Below the pieces are notes generated by a model. It did not search any database. It was not told where the DNA came from and saw only the letters and a program-made list of their open reading frames with translations. A stretch of 64,000 nucleotides of DNA from an uncultured bacterium (GTDB lineage: Bacteria; Armatimonadota; JACIXR01), in contig CALITO010000008.1 of assembly GCA_938041455.1 (NCBI GenBank), forward strand, positions 120,416 to 184,415, read 5' to 3'. Within the stretch, counting starts at the first letter, position 1; each line of letters starts with the position of its first letter. The translations under genes and the position numbers were made by a program. Positions 21,770 to 30,788 of the stretch are shown here, piece after piece.

Positions 21770-22462
21770 ATGCCCCTTATACAACTCCAGAATGTCAGCA
21801 AAATTTACAAGAGGAGAGATGTGGAAGTTCGTTCCCTTGAGGGGGTAAGCCTGGATGTGGAGAAGGGAGAGTTCGTAGTAATCTATGGGGTTTCCGGTTC
21901 AGGTAAGACCACCCTTTTAAACCTCATTGGTGGGCTTGATAAACCCACATCCGGCAAAGTAATCGTGGATTCCCTAGACCTTACAACCCAAGATGAACAT
22001 CAACTCTCCCTTTATAGAAGGGAGAAAGTAGGTTTCATCTTTCAGGGGTTCAATCTCATCCCTACTTTGACTGCTTTTGAGAACGTGCTCTTCCCCCTCA
22101 TTCCCATTCCTATGCCGGAGGAAGAGAAGAAAAGAAAGGTAAGGGAAATTTTGAGTTTAATTTTGCCTATCCAGAGGTTATGGGAGCAGTTGCCCCTGGA
22201 ACTGAGCGGAGGAGAGCAACAGAGGGTCGCCATCGCCCGTGCCCTTATTAATAATCCCCAGATACTGCTCGCTGATGAGCCAACCAGCGACCTGGACACG
22301 AAAACTAGCCAGCAGATAATAGACCTGCTTTGGGAAGCAAATAAAAAGGGTTGCACTGTGATAATCGCTACACATGACCCCCGCATATTGAAGAGGGCTT
22401 CTCTCGGCGTAGAGATGGAAGATGGGAAAATAAAAGAGATTAGGAAAGGAGCTGTATCATAA
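21770..22462 (+). CDS. ABC transporter ATP-binding protein (MacB/LolD-like)
   Basis: Walker A GVSGSGKTT, signature LSGGEQQRVAIARAL and Walker B ILLADEPTSDLD. Confidence 0.9.
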   Translation: MPLIQLQNVSKIYKRRDVEVRSLEGVSLDVEKGEFVVIYGVSGSGKTTLLNLIGGLDKPTSGKVIVDSLDLTTQDEHQLSLYRREKVGFIFQGFNLIPTLTAFENVLFPLIPIPMPEEEKKRKVREILSLILPIQRLWEQLPLELSGGEQQRVAIARALINNPQILLADEPTSDLDTKTSQQIIDLLWEANKKGCTVIIATHDPRILKRASLGVEMEDGKIKEIRKGAVS

Positions 22463-22464
22463 GG

Positions 22465-23046
22465 ATGGGCAGTATGATCTCCCTTTTCCAACACGGCGGC
22501 TTCACTATGTATATCCTCTTTCTCCTCTCGTTACTGGTCATCGCCATAGCAATGGAGAGGGCTCTTTTATATCGCAGATTTAGAAAGGAGTTAGGGATGT
22601 TTCTATCCAATTACGAGGTGGAATTCCAAAAGGATAAGGGAGCAAGGGCTTCTTTCCCTCATACGAGCATTCCTCTAATAGAGCTTTATTTTTCCAACCC
22701 TGATGAGAAGAGAATGGAACTGAACCTTACAAGGGTCACTTTCTTTTTGGAGCGAAATCTTCCCTTCCTTGCCACTGTAGGAGCAGTCGCTCCCTTTATC
22801 GGACTATTTGGCACCGTCCTCGGTATAATGAACGCTTTCCACGCCATTTCTGTTTACCGTTCCGCAGGGATAGCGGTAGTAGGTGCAGGAATAGCGGAGG
22901 CCCTCGTCTGCACAGCAGCTGGGCTAGCAGTTGCTATAGCAGCGGTGACTCTTTATAATGCCTTTCATTCCTTTACTGCTAGGATAGTAGAAGATTTGGA
23001 AATTCGCCAAAATGAGTTTTTGCTTCTTTCCAAGGAGGCAGAATGA
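22465..23046 (+). CDS. MotA/TolQ/ExbB-family proton channel
   Basis: 193 aa, 3 TM, with the conserved APFIGLFGTVLGIMNAF segment. Confidence 0.8.
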   Translation: MGSMISLFQHGGFTMYILFLLSLLVIAIAMERALLYRRFRKELGMFLSNYEVEFQKDKGARASFPHTSIPLIELYFSNPDEKRMELNLTRVTFFLERNLPFLATVGAVAPFIGLFGTVLGIMNAFHAISVYRSAGIAVVGAGIAEALVCTAAGLAVAIAAVTLYNAFHSFTARIVEDLEIRQNEFLLLSKEAE

Positions 23047-23462
23047 AGAGGAAAAGAGAAATTTTTTGGGAAATAAATATGGTGCCCTTCAACGATATTC
23101 TCCTCGTTCTCCTCATCATCTTTATGATGACCGCCTCCTTCATCGTCACAGGAACAGGCATAGATATATCTCTACCAGAGGCAGCAACTGCTGCCCCCAC
23201 TGAGCAAACACAGGTGGCTATCTTTATAACCAAGGATGGAAATGTCTATTTGGGAGGGGAAAAAGTATCTGTGGAGAAGTTGCTTGACAAATTGACGGAA
23301 GAAGCTAAAAGAAGTTCAAGGATAGTAGTAATAGTGAGTGGCGATAGGGATGTGCCCTACGGCAGGGTAGTGGATGTCCTTGACGCGGTTCGTCTTTCCG
23401 GTTTAGAGTATATCGCTCTTGCTGCGGAGCTGAAATCGCCTCCTCAAGCAAAGGTGAGATAA
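23043..23462 (+). CDS. ExbD/TolR-family biopolymer transport protein
   Basis: EINMVPFNDILLVLLIIFMM TM motif, 139 aa, ATGA overlap with the exbB-like gene. Confidence 0.8.
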   Translation: MKRKREIFWEINMVPFNDILLVLLIIFMMTASFIVTGTGIDISLPEAATAAPTEQTQVAIFITKDGNVYLGGEKVSVEKLLDKLTEEAKRSSRIVVIVSGDRDVPYGRVVDVLDAVRLSGLEYIALAAELKSPPQAKVR

Positions 23463-24418
23463 TGAGAAAAGTGGAGTGGCTTTCCCCAAACGGCAGGAGA
23501 GTGTGGTTCTTTGCCTTGGGTGTTTCTTTTTCCCTCCATCTAATCGTTCTGCCCTTTGTGGGGAAGTTTTTGGAAGCTTGCCCTACCTGCGAGTTTCTAT
23601 CCCTCGAACTTCCGCCTATTTATGCAAGGATACATAACCCTTCCCAGATGGGCAAGCAGTTAGAAAAAAGGGCTGAACAATTGGAGAAGAAAGTAAAGGT
23701 TGTTCCTCAGCCAGGGAAGAAAGTAGAGGAAAAGCAAGAAATATTGCCCGAGCGTTCCTCTTTCCTACAGAAATGGCTGAATCCAGCCACACCCACTCGC
23801 TCTTCTACTCCCGGTGGGGGCGCTGCTCAAGTCATCACTAAGGCAACGCCGGGTGAAGGGGATTTTGTCGTTGGGGGTATCCCCAAGCCGGAACCAGGAG
23901 CTAAAGGACCCGGATTAGGAGGTAGTGGCACCGCTCCCGGAGTAGGAGGTTCTGGGAACGAGCCAGGGATGCCAATAAGTAGCCCCCCTTCACCTCCACC
24001 ACCTCAAAAAGAAGTTAAGGAGGAGCCACCTCCACCAAAACAAGAACCCGTTGTCGAAAAAGCAAAGGAAGAGGTAGTTCCCCCACCTCCCCCATCTCCC
24101 CCACCGCCAAAAAAGCAAATAGACCCTCAGGAGATAGCGGAGTTCCAGAAGATAATTTATAGGAGGATAGAGGCAGCCAAGGACTATCCCCCCGAAGCTA
24201 AGTTACGGGGAATAGAAGGGAGGGTTAAACTGTCTTTTATCGTGAGGAGAGATGGTTCGCCAGCCAATATAAATGTGGTTAGTTCCTCTCAACAAAGAAT
24301 ATTGGATGACGCAGCTATAGAGACGGTGAAAAAGGCTGGCCCATATCTCCCTTTTCCCAAAAGTGTGGAAGCTGACGCCCTGCGCGTAAGCGTTGAGATA
24401 GTTTATAAGTTGAGATAA
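23462..24418 (+). CDS. TonB-family energy transducer
   Basis: N-terminal TM, a Pro/Glu/Lys-rich spacer (PPSPPPPQKEVKEEPPPPKQEP...PPPPSPPPPKK) and a C-terminal TonB_C pattern YPPEAKLRGIEGRVKLSFIVRRDGS. Confidence 0.75.
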   Translation: MRKVEWLSPNGRRVWFFALGVSFSLHLIVLPFVGKFLEACPTCEFLSLELPPIYARIHNPSQMGKQLEKRAEQLEKKVKVVPQPGKKVEEKQEILPERSSFLQKWLNPATPTRSSTPGGGAAQVITKATPGEGDFVVGGIPKPEPGAKGPGLGGSGTAPGVGGSGNEPGMPISSPPSPPPPQKEVKEEPPPPKQEPVVEKAKEEVVPPPPPSPPPPKKQIDPQEIAEFQKIIYRRIEAAKDYPPEAKLRGIEGRVKLSFIVRRDGSPANINVVSSSQQRILDDAAIETVKKAGPYLPFPKSVEADALRVSVEIVYKLR

Positions 24419-24485
24419 AATTTTGTTGAATACTTCTAAAGGGATTTACCCCTTTTCCTCTTACTCAGCAAAAGGTTTGTTTTCC

Positions 24486-24514
24486 TTAACGCCTCAGCGT
24501 CAAATTGGTAAAAT
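24486..24514 (+). promoter_or_regulatory. putative promoter TTAACG-17-TGgTAAAAT, 9 nt upstream of the ATG (leaderless-type)
   Basis: TTAACG at 24486-24491, a 17-nt spacer with a TG at 24506-24507, TAAAAT at 24509-24514 and the ATG at 24524. There is no purine-rich Shine-Dalgarno in between. Confidence 0.4.
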
Positions 24515-24523
24515 ATAAAAACT

Positions 24524-25399
24524 ATGGAACTATTAGAAAGGTTAGAAAGAGGAGAGATAGTTATTTGTGATGGGGCAATGGGCACACTTCTTCAGGAGAG
24601 GGGTCTACCTCTTGGTGTCGCTCCTGAGGAATGGAACCTGTCTCATCCCGAGGTTGTTGCCCAAATCCATCGAGAATACTTAGAGGCTGGTGCGGAGATA
24701 GTAGAGACAAACACCTTTGGTGGGAACCGTTTAAAACTTTCTCTCTCTAACTTGGAAGGGAGAATTGAGGAAATAAACAGGGAAGCTGTGAGAATAGCAA
24801 GAGAGGCGGTAGGGGATAAAGCTTATGTAGCGCTCTCAGTAGGCCCCACCGGAAAATTGCTCCAACCCTGGGGGGATTTATCATTCGAGGAAGCGTTGAA
24901 GGCTTATAAGGAGCAAATGGGATATGCTTTTAAGGAAAGCCCCGATTTCGCTATTCTGGAAACCTTCTCCGACCTTCAAGAAATAAGAGCGGCGGTTCTG
25001 GCCGCCCAAGAAGTAGGTATTTTCTCCATATGCACTATGACATTTGAAACATCGGGACGGACGATAATGGGCGTATCTCCTGAACAAGAGTTGGAGGAAC
25101 TATCGAAGCTCGGCGTCAGGCTTATGGGAACGAACTGTGGGACGGGACCCGATGATATGCTAAAAATTGTAGAAATACTCGCGAAAAATCGCCCTGAGGG
25201 AGTTTACCTCATCGCTCAGCCAAACGCCGGTGTCCCTAAGTTAGTGGGGGGTAAAACAGTGTTTGAAGCAACTCCTCAAACTATGGCGGAGTACGCTCAA
25301 AAGTATGTAGAGTTGGGCGTCAATATCGTGGGTGCTTGTTGTGGAAGCACTCCCCTTCATATAAAGGGGATAAAAGAGCATATTAAAAACACAAAATGA
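24524..25399 (+). CDS. stand-alone homocysteine S-methyltransferase (Hcy-binding) domain protein
   Basis: VICDGAMGT, ETNTFG, GTNCG and the zinc-ligand motif VGACCGSTPLHI. 291 aa with no pterin or B12 domains. Confidence 0.8.
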   Translation: MELLERLERGEIVICDGAMGTLLQERGLPLGVAPEEWNLSHPEVVAQIHREYLEAGAEIVETNTFGGNRLKLSLSNLEGRIEEINREAVRIAREAVGDKAYVALSVGPTGKLLQPWGDLSFEEALKAYKEQMGYAFKESPDFAILETFSDLQEIRAAVLAAQEVGIFSICTMTFETSGRTIMGVSPEQELEELSKLGVRLMGTNCGTGPDDMLKIVEILAKNRPEGVYLIAQPNAGVPKLVGGKTVFEATPQTMAEYAQKYVELGVNIVGACCGSTPLHIKGIKEHIKNTK

Positions 25400-26379
25400 A
25401 GGCTTTGATATTGGCAGGAGGAGAAGGAAAAAGACTTAAACCCCTGACCAATTCTATCCCCAAAATCCTCTTACCACTGTGTAACAAACCAGTTCTTTCT
25501 CATCTTCTCTCTTCCATAGCCAAGCAAAAAATAATAGATGGTGTTACCTTGAGCCTGGGAAATCTTTGGGAGAGGGTTGTGTCCTTTCTCTCTGTTTATA
25601 ACTCTCCTTTGCCGTTGGAGACGAAAGTAGAAAATGAACCATTGGATACGGGAGGAGCGATAAAGTTCTCCTCTCCTGAGGAGGAGGAATTCTTCGTCAT
25701 AAATGGTGACATAATCTGTGATGTTGATTATAAGGGGATGTTAGAGTTCCACAGGAGGAAAAAAGCCGATATAACAATTTTGACTGTTAAAGTAAGGGAT
25801 ACCTCATCCTTTGGAAGCATTGTATTTGATGGCGATTTTAAGTTAAAAGGATTTAAGGAAAAGACAGGGGAGAAAAAGGGTGGATTCGTAAATGGGGCTA
25901 TTTACCTGATGAAGAGAAGGGTGTTGGAGTATTTTCCTCAGGGTAAGTCTTCTCTTGAGAGGGACATTTTCCCTCGTCTTCTCCTAAGGAAGGCGAAAAT
26001 TTATGCCTTTCTTCACTTCGGCTATTGGATGGATATAGGAGAGAGGGAGCGCTATATCCAGGTTCAAAAGGACATTTTGGATGGCATCGCCCTATTGGAA
26101 TATTTTTCCTTTCCCTGCGAGATGGAGAAGGGGGTAGAAATTCAACCTCCCGTTCTTTTTGGGAAAGGCTGCAAATTAAGGAAAGGAGCGAGGCTATTCC
26201 CCTATTCAATTCTTGGGAACCATGTGGAAGTGGGAGAGAGGGCAAATGTTGGGGAAAGCGTTATCCTTGAGGGAGCGAGGATAGGGGAGGGGAGCAGAGT
26301 TCTCCATTCTGTTGTGGGACCATCATTCGTTTTACCTTCTCAACTTATTGTGGAGAATGCCATCCTCAATGCTTGCTGA
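25396..26379 (+). CDS. NDP-sugar pyrophosphorylase (mannose-1-P guanylyl / glucose-1-P nucleotidyl-transferase-like)
   Basis: MKALILAGGEGKRLKPLTNSIPK signature with a C-terminal hexapeptide-like region. ATGA overlap upstream. Confidence 0.75.
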   Translation: MKALILAGGEGKRLKPLTNSIPKILLPLCNKPVLSHLLSSIAKQKIIDGVTLSLGNLWERVVSFLSVYNSPLPLETKVENEPLDTGGAIKFSSPEEEEFFVINGDIICDVDYKGMLEFHRRKKADITILTVKVRDTSSFGSIVFDGDFKLKGFKEKTGEKKGGFVNGAIYLMKRRVLEYFPQGKSSLERDIFPRLLLRKAKIYAFLHFGYWMDIGERERYIQVQKDILDGIALLEYFSFPCEMEKGVEIQPPVLFGKGCKLRKGARLFPYSILGNHVEVGERANVGESVILEGARIGEGSRVLHSVVGPSFVLPSQLIVENAILNAC

Positions 26380-27196
26380 ACACTATGTCGGCACAAGTGG
26401 ATACAGTTATGGTCATTGGATAGGGGTTCTTTATCCCCCGGAGCTTTCCCAAGCGAAGTGGCTTGAATATTATTGCCAATTCTTCGGCACTGTGGAACTT
26501 AATGTAACCTTCTACCGCCTTCCCACTGCTTCTACCTTCAAGGGTTGGAGGAAAAGGAGTCCAGAGAATTTTGTGTTTGCTTTGAAAGGCTCCAGATTCA
26601 TCACTCACATTAAGAAATTGGGCGATTGTGAAGAACCCTTAGAACTCTTTTTCCAAAGGGTAAAGGAATTGGGGGATAAAGCGAGGGTTATTCTCTGGCA
26701 ATTACCACCTCGCTTCAAAGTGGATTTGGACAAGTTGCAAAGATTTTGTCATCTTCTTGCTACCAACCCCCGAGCAAGTAAATACCATCATGCCTTTGAA
26801 TTTAGGGAAAAGAGTTGGTTCTGTAGGGAGGTCTACGATATCTTGAAAAACTACAATTTCGCCCTTGCTCTTGCTGATTGGCCTTTCATCTTACAAGTAA
26901 AGGGCAAGCCCCAGGAGATAGGAATTATAAAATATAAAGCCCCAAAAATAGAGGTGGAGGAAACAGCGGATTTCCTTTATATACGCCGCCATGGCGCGGT
27001 TGCGCTTTACGCTTCTAATTATTCTGATGAGGAGTTGCAAAGAGATGCAAGATATATTAGGGAGTGGCTTGAAGAAGGTAGGGATGTATATATATACTTT
27101 AATAATGATGCTTACGGCTACGCGGTTAAAAACGCCTTGTTTCTGAAAAAACTTTTGGAGAAAGGACAAGAATGTGGTTTAGGAGGGCTTTGCTAA
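26357..27196 (+). CDS. DUF72 (YecE-like) protein
   Basis: YVGTSGYSYGHWIGVLYP, VELNVTFYRLP and YIYFNND motifs. The start is uncertain (26357 or 26369). Confidence 0.75.
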   Translation: MPSSMLAEHYVGTSGYSYGHWIGVLYPPELSQAKWLEYYCQFFGTVELNVTFYRLPTASTFKGWRKRSPENFVFALKGSRFITHIKKLGDCEEPLELFFQRVKELGDKARVILWQLPPRFKVDLDKLQRFCHLLATNPRASKYHHAFEFREKSWFCREVYDILKNYNFALALADWPFILQVKGKPQEIGIIKYKAPKIEVEETADFLYIRRHGAVALYASNYSDEELQRDARYIREWLEEGRDVYIYFNNDAYGYAVKNALFLKKLLEKGQECGLGGLC

Positions 27197-28629
27197 TAAA
27201 TCCTCCCTCTGGGCTTTATATAAGAGAGGATAGATGTCAAGTCCCAGTGAGGGGGCTCACTGCTACCGCACCTCGTCCTCCTATTGACCTTGCTTATATA
27301 GCAGGTGTTTTGGAAAAAGAGGGTGTGGAATGCAGAATAAGGGATTATCCGGTGGAAGGTAAAGGATGGAGTGCTTTGAGGGATGATTTGGAAATTTTCG
27401 CTCCTGACCTTCTTATCGTCAGCGTCACAACTCCCACTTTTGAACTTGATATGAAAGCTTGTGAAATAGCCAAAGGGATAAACCCTTCCATAATTACAGC
27501 AGCTAAGGGGGGGCATATAACTGTCTTTGATAAAAAAGCTTTGGAAAAACATCCTTCTTTGGATATCGCTTTACGAGGAGAAGTAGAAAAAACAGTAGAG
27601 GAATTGGCAAAGGGAATGCCTTGGGAAGAGATACGGGGTATAACTTACAGAAGCAATGGGAAAATAATGCGAAATCCTGACAGGGAATTCATAGAGGACC
27701 TCGATTCAGTTCCTTTCCCCGCTCGGCACTTATTGAACAATTCCCTTTATAAAAGACCTGATACAGGGGAGCCCCAAACCACAATCCAAACGAATAGAGG
27801 ATGTCCTGGGGAGTGTGTTTTCTGTCTCGCTGGTAGATTATCTGGTAAAAAACTTCGTTTACGCTCCCCTCACAATATCGTTGATGAAATAGAGGAATGT
27901 CTCCAGCGCTTCAACATAAGGAACTTTTTCTTTCGGGCAGATACCTTTACTTGGAATAAGGAGTGGGTTATCGCAATATGCAAGGAAATATTGAGACGAG
28001 ATTTGAGGATAAAGTGGGTTTGCAATAGCCGAGTGGATACGCTTGACGAGGAGATGTTGAAATGGATGAGAGGAGCGGGTTGTTGGCTAATCTCCTTAGG
28101 AATAGAGAGCGGATCCCAAAGGATAATAGATTTGATGAAGAAAAGGATAAGGAAGGAGCAAGCCAAACGGGCAGTAGAACTTTGTAGTAAATATAAGATA
28201 AAGACATATGCTTTTTATCTCTTTGGTTTACCCTGGGAAGAGGAAGAAGAGGTGAAGGAAACGATAAAATTTGCTCTTGAGCTGGATTCAGACTACGCAG
28301 AGTTCCATCTCGCAGTTCCCTTCCCGGGCACAGAACTCTACGATATCGTTTTACAGGAAGGACTTTTGGAAGGCGATTTCCAAGGTTATGACCACTCCCT
28401 ACCCGTGGCGAGGACCTTTGCTCTATCCAGGGAAGAGTTAGTAAAATGGAGAAGGAAAGCAATATATAAGTTCTACCTTCGTCCCCATTATATAATCCGC
28501 ACTATTATGGGCTCGCCTTCGCCTGTTTCTCTTTTCAACTACCTTCGTTTCGCTTTTGAGAGAATCCTCCTTTTGCCCTCAACATATAGGAAAGCAGAAA
28601 TTGAACCTAGCCCCATTAGGGCGAAGTAA
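27172..28629 (+). CDS. B12-binding-domain radical SAM enzyme (class B)
   Basis: N-terminal Rossmann-like cobalamin domain (ALLINPP..., DLLIVSVTT) and the CxxxCxxC cluster motif NRGCPGECVFCLAG. Confidence 0.85.
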   Translation: MWFRRALLINPPSGLYIREDRCQVPVRGLTATAPRPPIDLAYIAGVLEKEGVECRIRDYPVEGKGWSALRDDLEIFAPDLLIVSVTTPTFELDMKACEIAKGINPSIITAAKGGHITVFDKKALEKHPSLDIALRGEVEKTVEELAKGMPWEEIRGITYRSNGKIMRNPDREFIEDLDSVPFPARHLLNNSLYKRPDTGEPQTTIQTNRGCPGECVFCLAGRLSGKKLRLRSPHNIVDEIEECLQRFNIRNFFFRADTFTWNKEWVIAICKEILRRDLRIKWVCNSRVDTLDEEMLKWMRGAGCWLISLGIESGSQRIIDLMKKRIRKEQAKRAVELCSKYKIKTYAFYLFGLPWEEEEEVKETIKFALELDSDYAEFHLAVPFPGTELYDIVLQEGLLEGDFQGYDHSLPVARTFALSREELVKWRRKAIYKFYLRPHYIIRTIMGSPSPVSLFNYLRFAFERILLLPSTYRKAEIEPSPIRAK

Positions 28630-30788
28630 AACCCAAGCTTAAAGGTGAAAGGGCGATAGGCTAATATAACTTCGTGTTCGCCTGCGGGGACGAGAACTCC
28701 CTGAAATGTGAAATTCGCTGGCACAACCCTCTTTTCCTCCCCATCTACGAATGCCTTCCAGCCAGGGAAAAATGTCTCCGTTATCACGAGATACGCTTCT
28801 CTATCACTTTTGATTTGGAGTTTTAAAAAGCCGGTCCTTTCTTCCCTCAAAGAGATGAAATATTCCCCTATTTGATTGTGCAATGGTTTCCCTTCTTCAA
28901 TGATAACCACTCTTGTGTCATATATGGAAGGGAGAGAGGCAAGGGCTTCCTCTTCCTCTATAATTTTCAAAGTCTCGCCTGCAAGATAGAAGCGAGGGAA
29001 TGCGTTCTTATTCTCAATCACATATAATCCACCCTCATAATACAGAGGGAGCAATCCAGTAGTATTTAAAATTTTTTTAGAGAATATGTATCTGATAGCA
29101 GCGATGTTAAGCAGTGAAGAAGTGGGTTGGGTAAAATAGAGGGCGTTGCTTCTTTCCTTGTTTTGGTTAACTAACTGAGCAAAGAGGAGTAAACGTAGGG
29201 GATAAAGAGAATCCCCCCCTTGTGCTTCTTTCAAGCCGAGAAGGATATTGCAATTGGGTAGAAGGGTGTCTAGGGGGTCTCTCTCTCCAGGGAAGGCGAG
29301 GAAATGTCCTTCTTTAGGAAGCTGGGCAAGCCTCTCGCTAAAAGTAGTATGAGGAAATAACATAGAGGGTGGAAGAGCAGGGTTAAAGCGGAGTCCGAAA
29401 GCGAACATATCGGCTACTGCAAGAAAAGGCAGAAACTTGGTTTTCTTCAAACTTGTTAGAATAAGGGCAAGGGAAGCAACGAGGAAGAAGTGTATAAGCG
29501 CGCGAGGGGAGGGGAAACCGCTTTTCACTGCTTCATAGGAGATTCCCATACCTGTAAATAAAATTAGAGTGCCGAAGATGAAATAGGAGGTTTTAGAAGG
29601 TATGTATTTTAAGTTGTCCAACCCTATAGCAGCGATGGCACCAAAGGCAAAAGCGGATATATATAGATTTCTTGCGGGTGCTGCGAGAAAAGAAAAAACA
29701 GGTAGGGAAAGCAAAAGCCGAAGAAAAGGGGTATTGAGGGCAAAAAGAATAGATATCGAAGCTAAAAAAAGGAAGAATTTTCCTTCCTTTCTCTTAAGGG
29801 CTGAGGGCAAGAGAAAGAAAGGGAGTATTCCGAAGTATCCGCTCAATTCAACATAGTTGAAAGCGCCTCTGTAATCATAGTCCACCGGGTTGCCATAAAA
29901 ATCAGGAATGAGGAAAGTATAAAGATGGCGCCAGGGCATAGAGGTACTTAGGAGGTCGGAGAGCGAAGAGCCAAGGGAACGATGGCTCTTTAGCGCTAAC
30001 TCAAAGGAAGGGAGAAGCTGAGGTAGGGAAAGGATAAGCCCGATGCTGAAGCTAAGCAGGAATCCAATATAGCCTTCTTTAAATTTTCTTTCTGTGAAGA
30101 TCTGGAAAAAGGTGAAGAGGGAAAAAGCGAGCCAACCATAAAGGGCGAACTGAGGATGTCCACCCAAGATACTCAAGGCAAGAGGGAAACCGGCGAAGAG
30201 AGCATAAATGTGCTTTCCCTGTAATATATAGAGCCTCCATAAGAGAAGAGAAAGGGGAAACCAGCTCATAGAACAGATGGGTGTTTGATACTCCGCCCAC
30301 ACTACCATTGGTCCTGAGAATGTCCAAGTTATGGCACCTAAAAGGGATGCAGTTTGGCTAAGCCCAAGAGAACAGAGGAAGAGATAAGCGAAGAGGGAAG
30401 TCAAGATAAAATGAAATATTATAGTGAACGTCATAAACCAGTGAGGGGGTATGAAAAGTAGAAGCCAGTTTAGGGGGTAAAGACAAGCAGAAGCCATATT
30501 AGCTAAAAAGGGCTGTCCACAGAAATTATAGGTATTCCAAAGGGGTATAAATCCATCTCTTAAACTCTTTTCCAAAAGGACGCGCCAGGGATAAAAGTAG
30601 AGAATAGTGTCCAGAAGGGGATTGTAAACTTTACGGAAGGAGGGAAAAAGGGTAGGGGAATAATTTCTCCAAGGTTGGAGGCGCAGGCTCAAATCAGCGG
30701 GTAATAGGATGTTTCCCTCAAATACCTTATAAAAGAAGACGAGGACTAAAAGGAAGAGTAGTAAAATACAAAGGATATGCTTTTTCAA
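28539..30788 (-). CDS. YfhO-like polytopic membrane protein (GT-C-type glycosyltransferase candidate)
   Basis: 749 aa with more than 12 hydrophobic segments, then a C-terminal soluble beta-rich domain and a final TM. This architecture is typical of YfhO-family proteins. Confidence 0.6.
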   Translation of the reverse strand: MKKHILCILLLFLLVLVFFYKVFEGNILLPADLSLRLQPWRNYSPTLFPSFRKVYNPLLDTILYFYPWRVLLEKSLRDGFIPLWNTYNFCGQPFLANMASACLYPLNWLLLFIPPHWFMTFTIIFHFILTSLFAYLFLCSLGLSQTASLLGAITWTFSGPMVVWAEYQTPICSMSWFPLSLLLWRLYILQGKHIYALFAGFPLALSILGGHPQFALYGWLAFSLFTFFQIFTERKFKEGYIGFLLSFSIGLILSLPQLLPSFELALKSHRSLGSSLSDLLSTSMPWRHLYTFLIPDFYGNPVDYDYRGAFNYVELSGYFGILPFFLLPSALKRKEGKFFLFLASISILFALNTPFLRLLLSLPVFSFLAAPARNLYISAFAFGAIAAIGLDNLKYIPSKTSYFIFGTLILFTGMGISYEAVKSGFPSPRALIHFFLVASLALILTSLKKTKFLPFLAVADMFAFGLRFNPALPPSMLFPHTTFSERLAQLPKEGHFLAFPGERDPLDTLLPNCNILLGLKEAQGGDSLYPLRLLLFAQLVNQNKERSNALYFTQPTSSLLNIAAIRYIFSKKILNTTGLLPLYYEGGLYVIENKNAFPRFYLAGETLKIIEEEEALASLPSIYDTRVVIIEEGKPLHNQIGEYFISLREERTGFLKLQIKSDREAYLVITETFFPGWKAFVDGEEKRVVPANFTFQGVLVPAGEHEVILAYRPFTFKLGFYFALMGLGSISAFLYVEGKRRILSKAKRR

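Noticed and set aside
24438-24456. A short hairpin AAAGGG-ATTTAC-CCCTTT followed by T after tonB, considered as a terminator.
   Set aside because: The stem is 6 bp, half of it A-T, and the T-run is interrupted. It is plausible but unsupported, so I left it out of the feature list.
24419-24523. A possible SAM/B12 riboswitch upstream of the Hcy-methyltransferase gene, and T-box leaders upstream of tyrS (40041-40334) and serS (8859-8881).
   Set aside because: The spacers are too short or are occupied by a promoter and a small ORF. I saw none of the conserved riboswitch or T-box core strings (no specifier/T-box AGGGUGGNACCGCG-like sequence).
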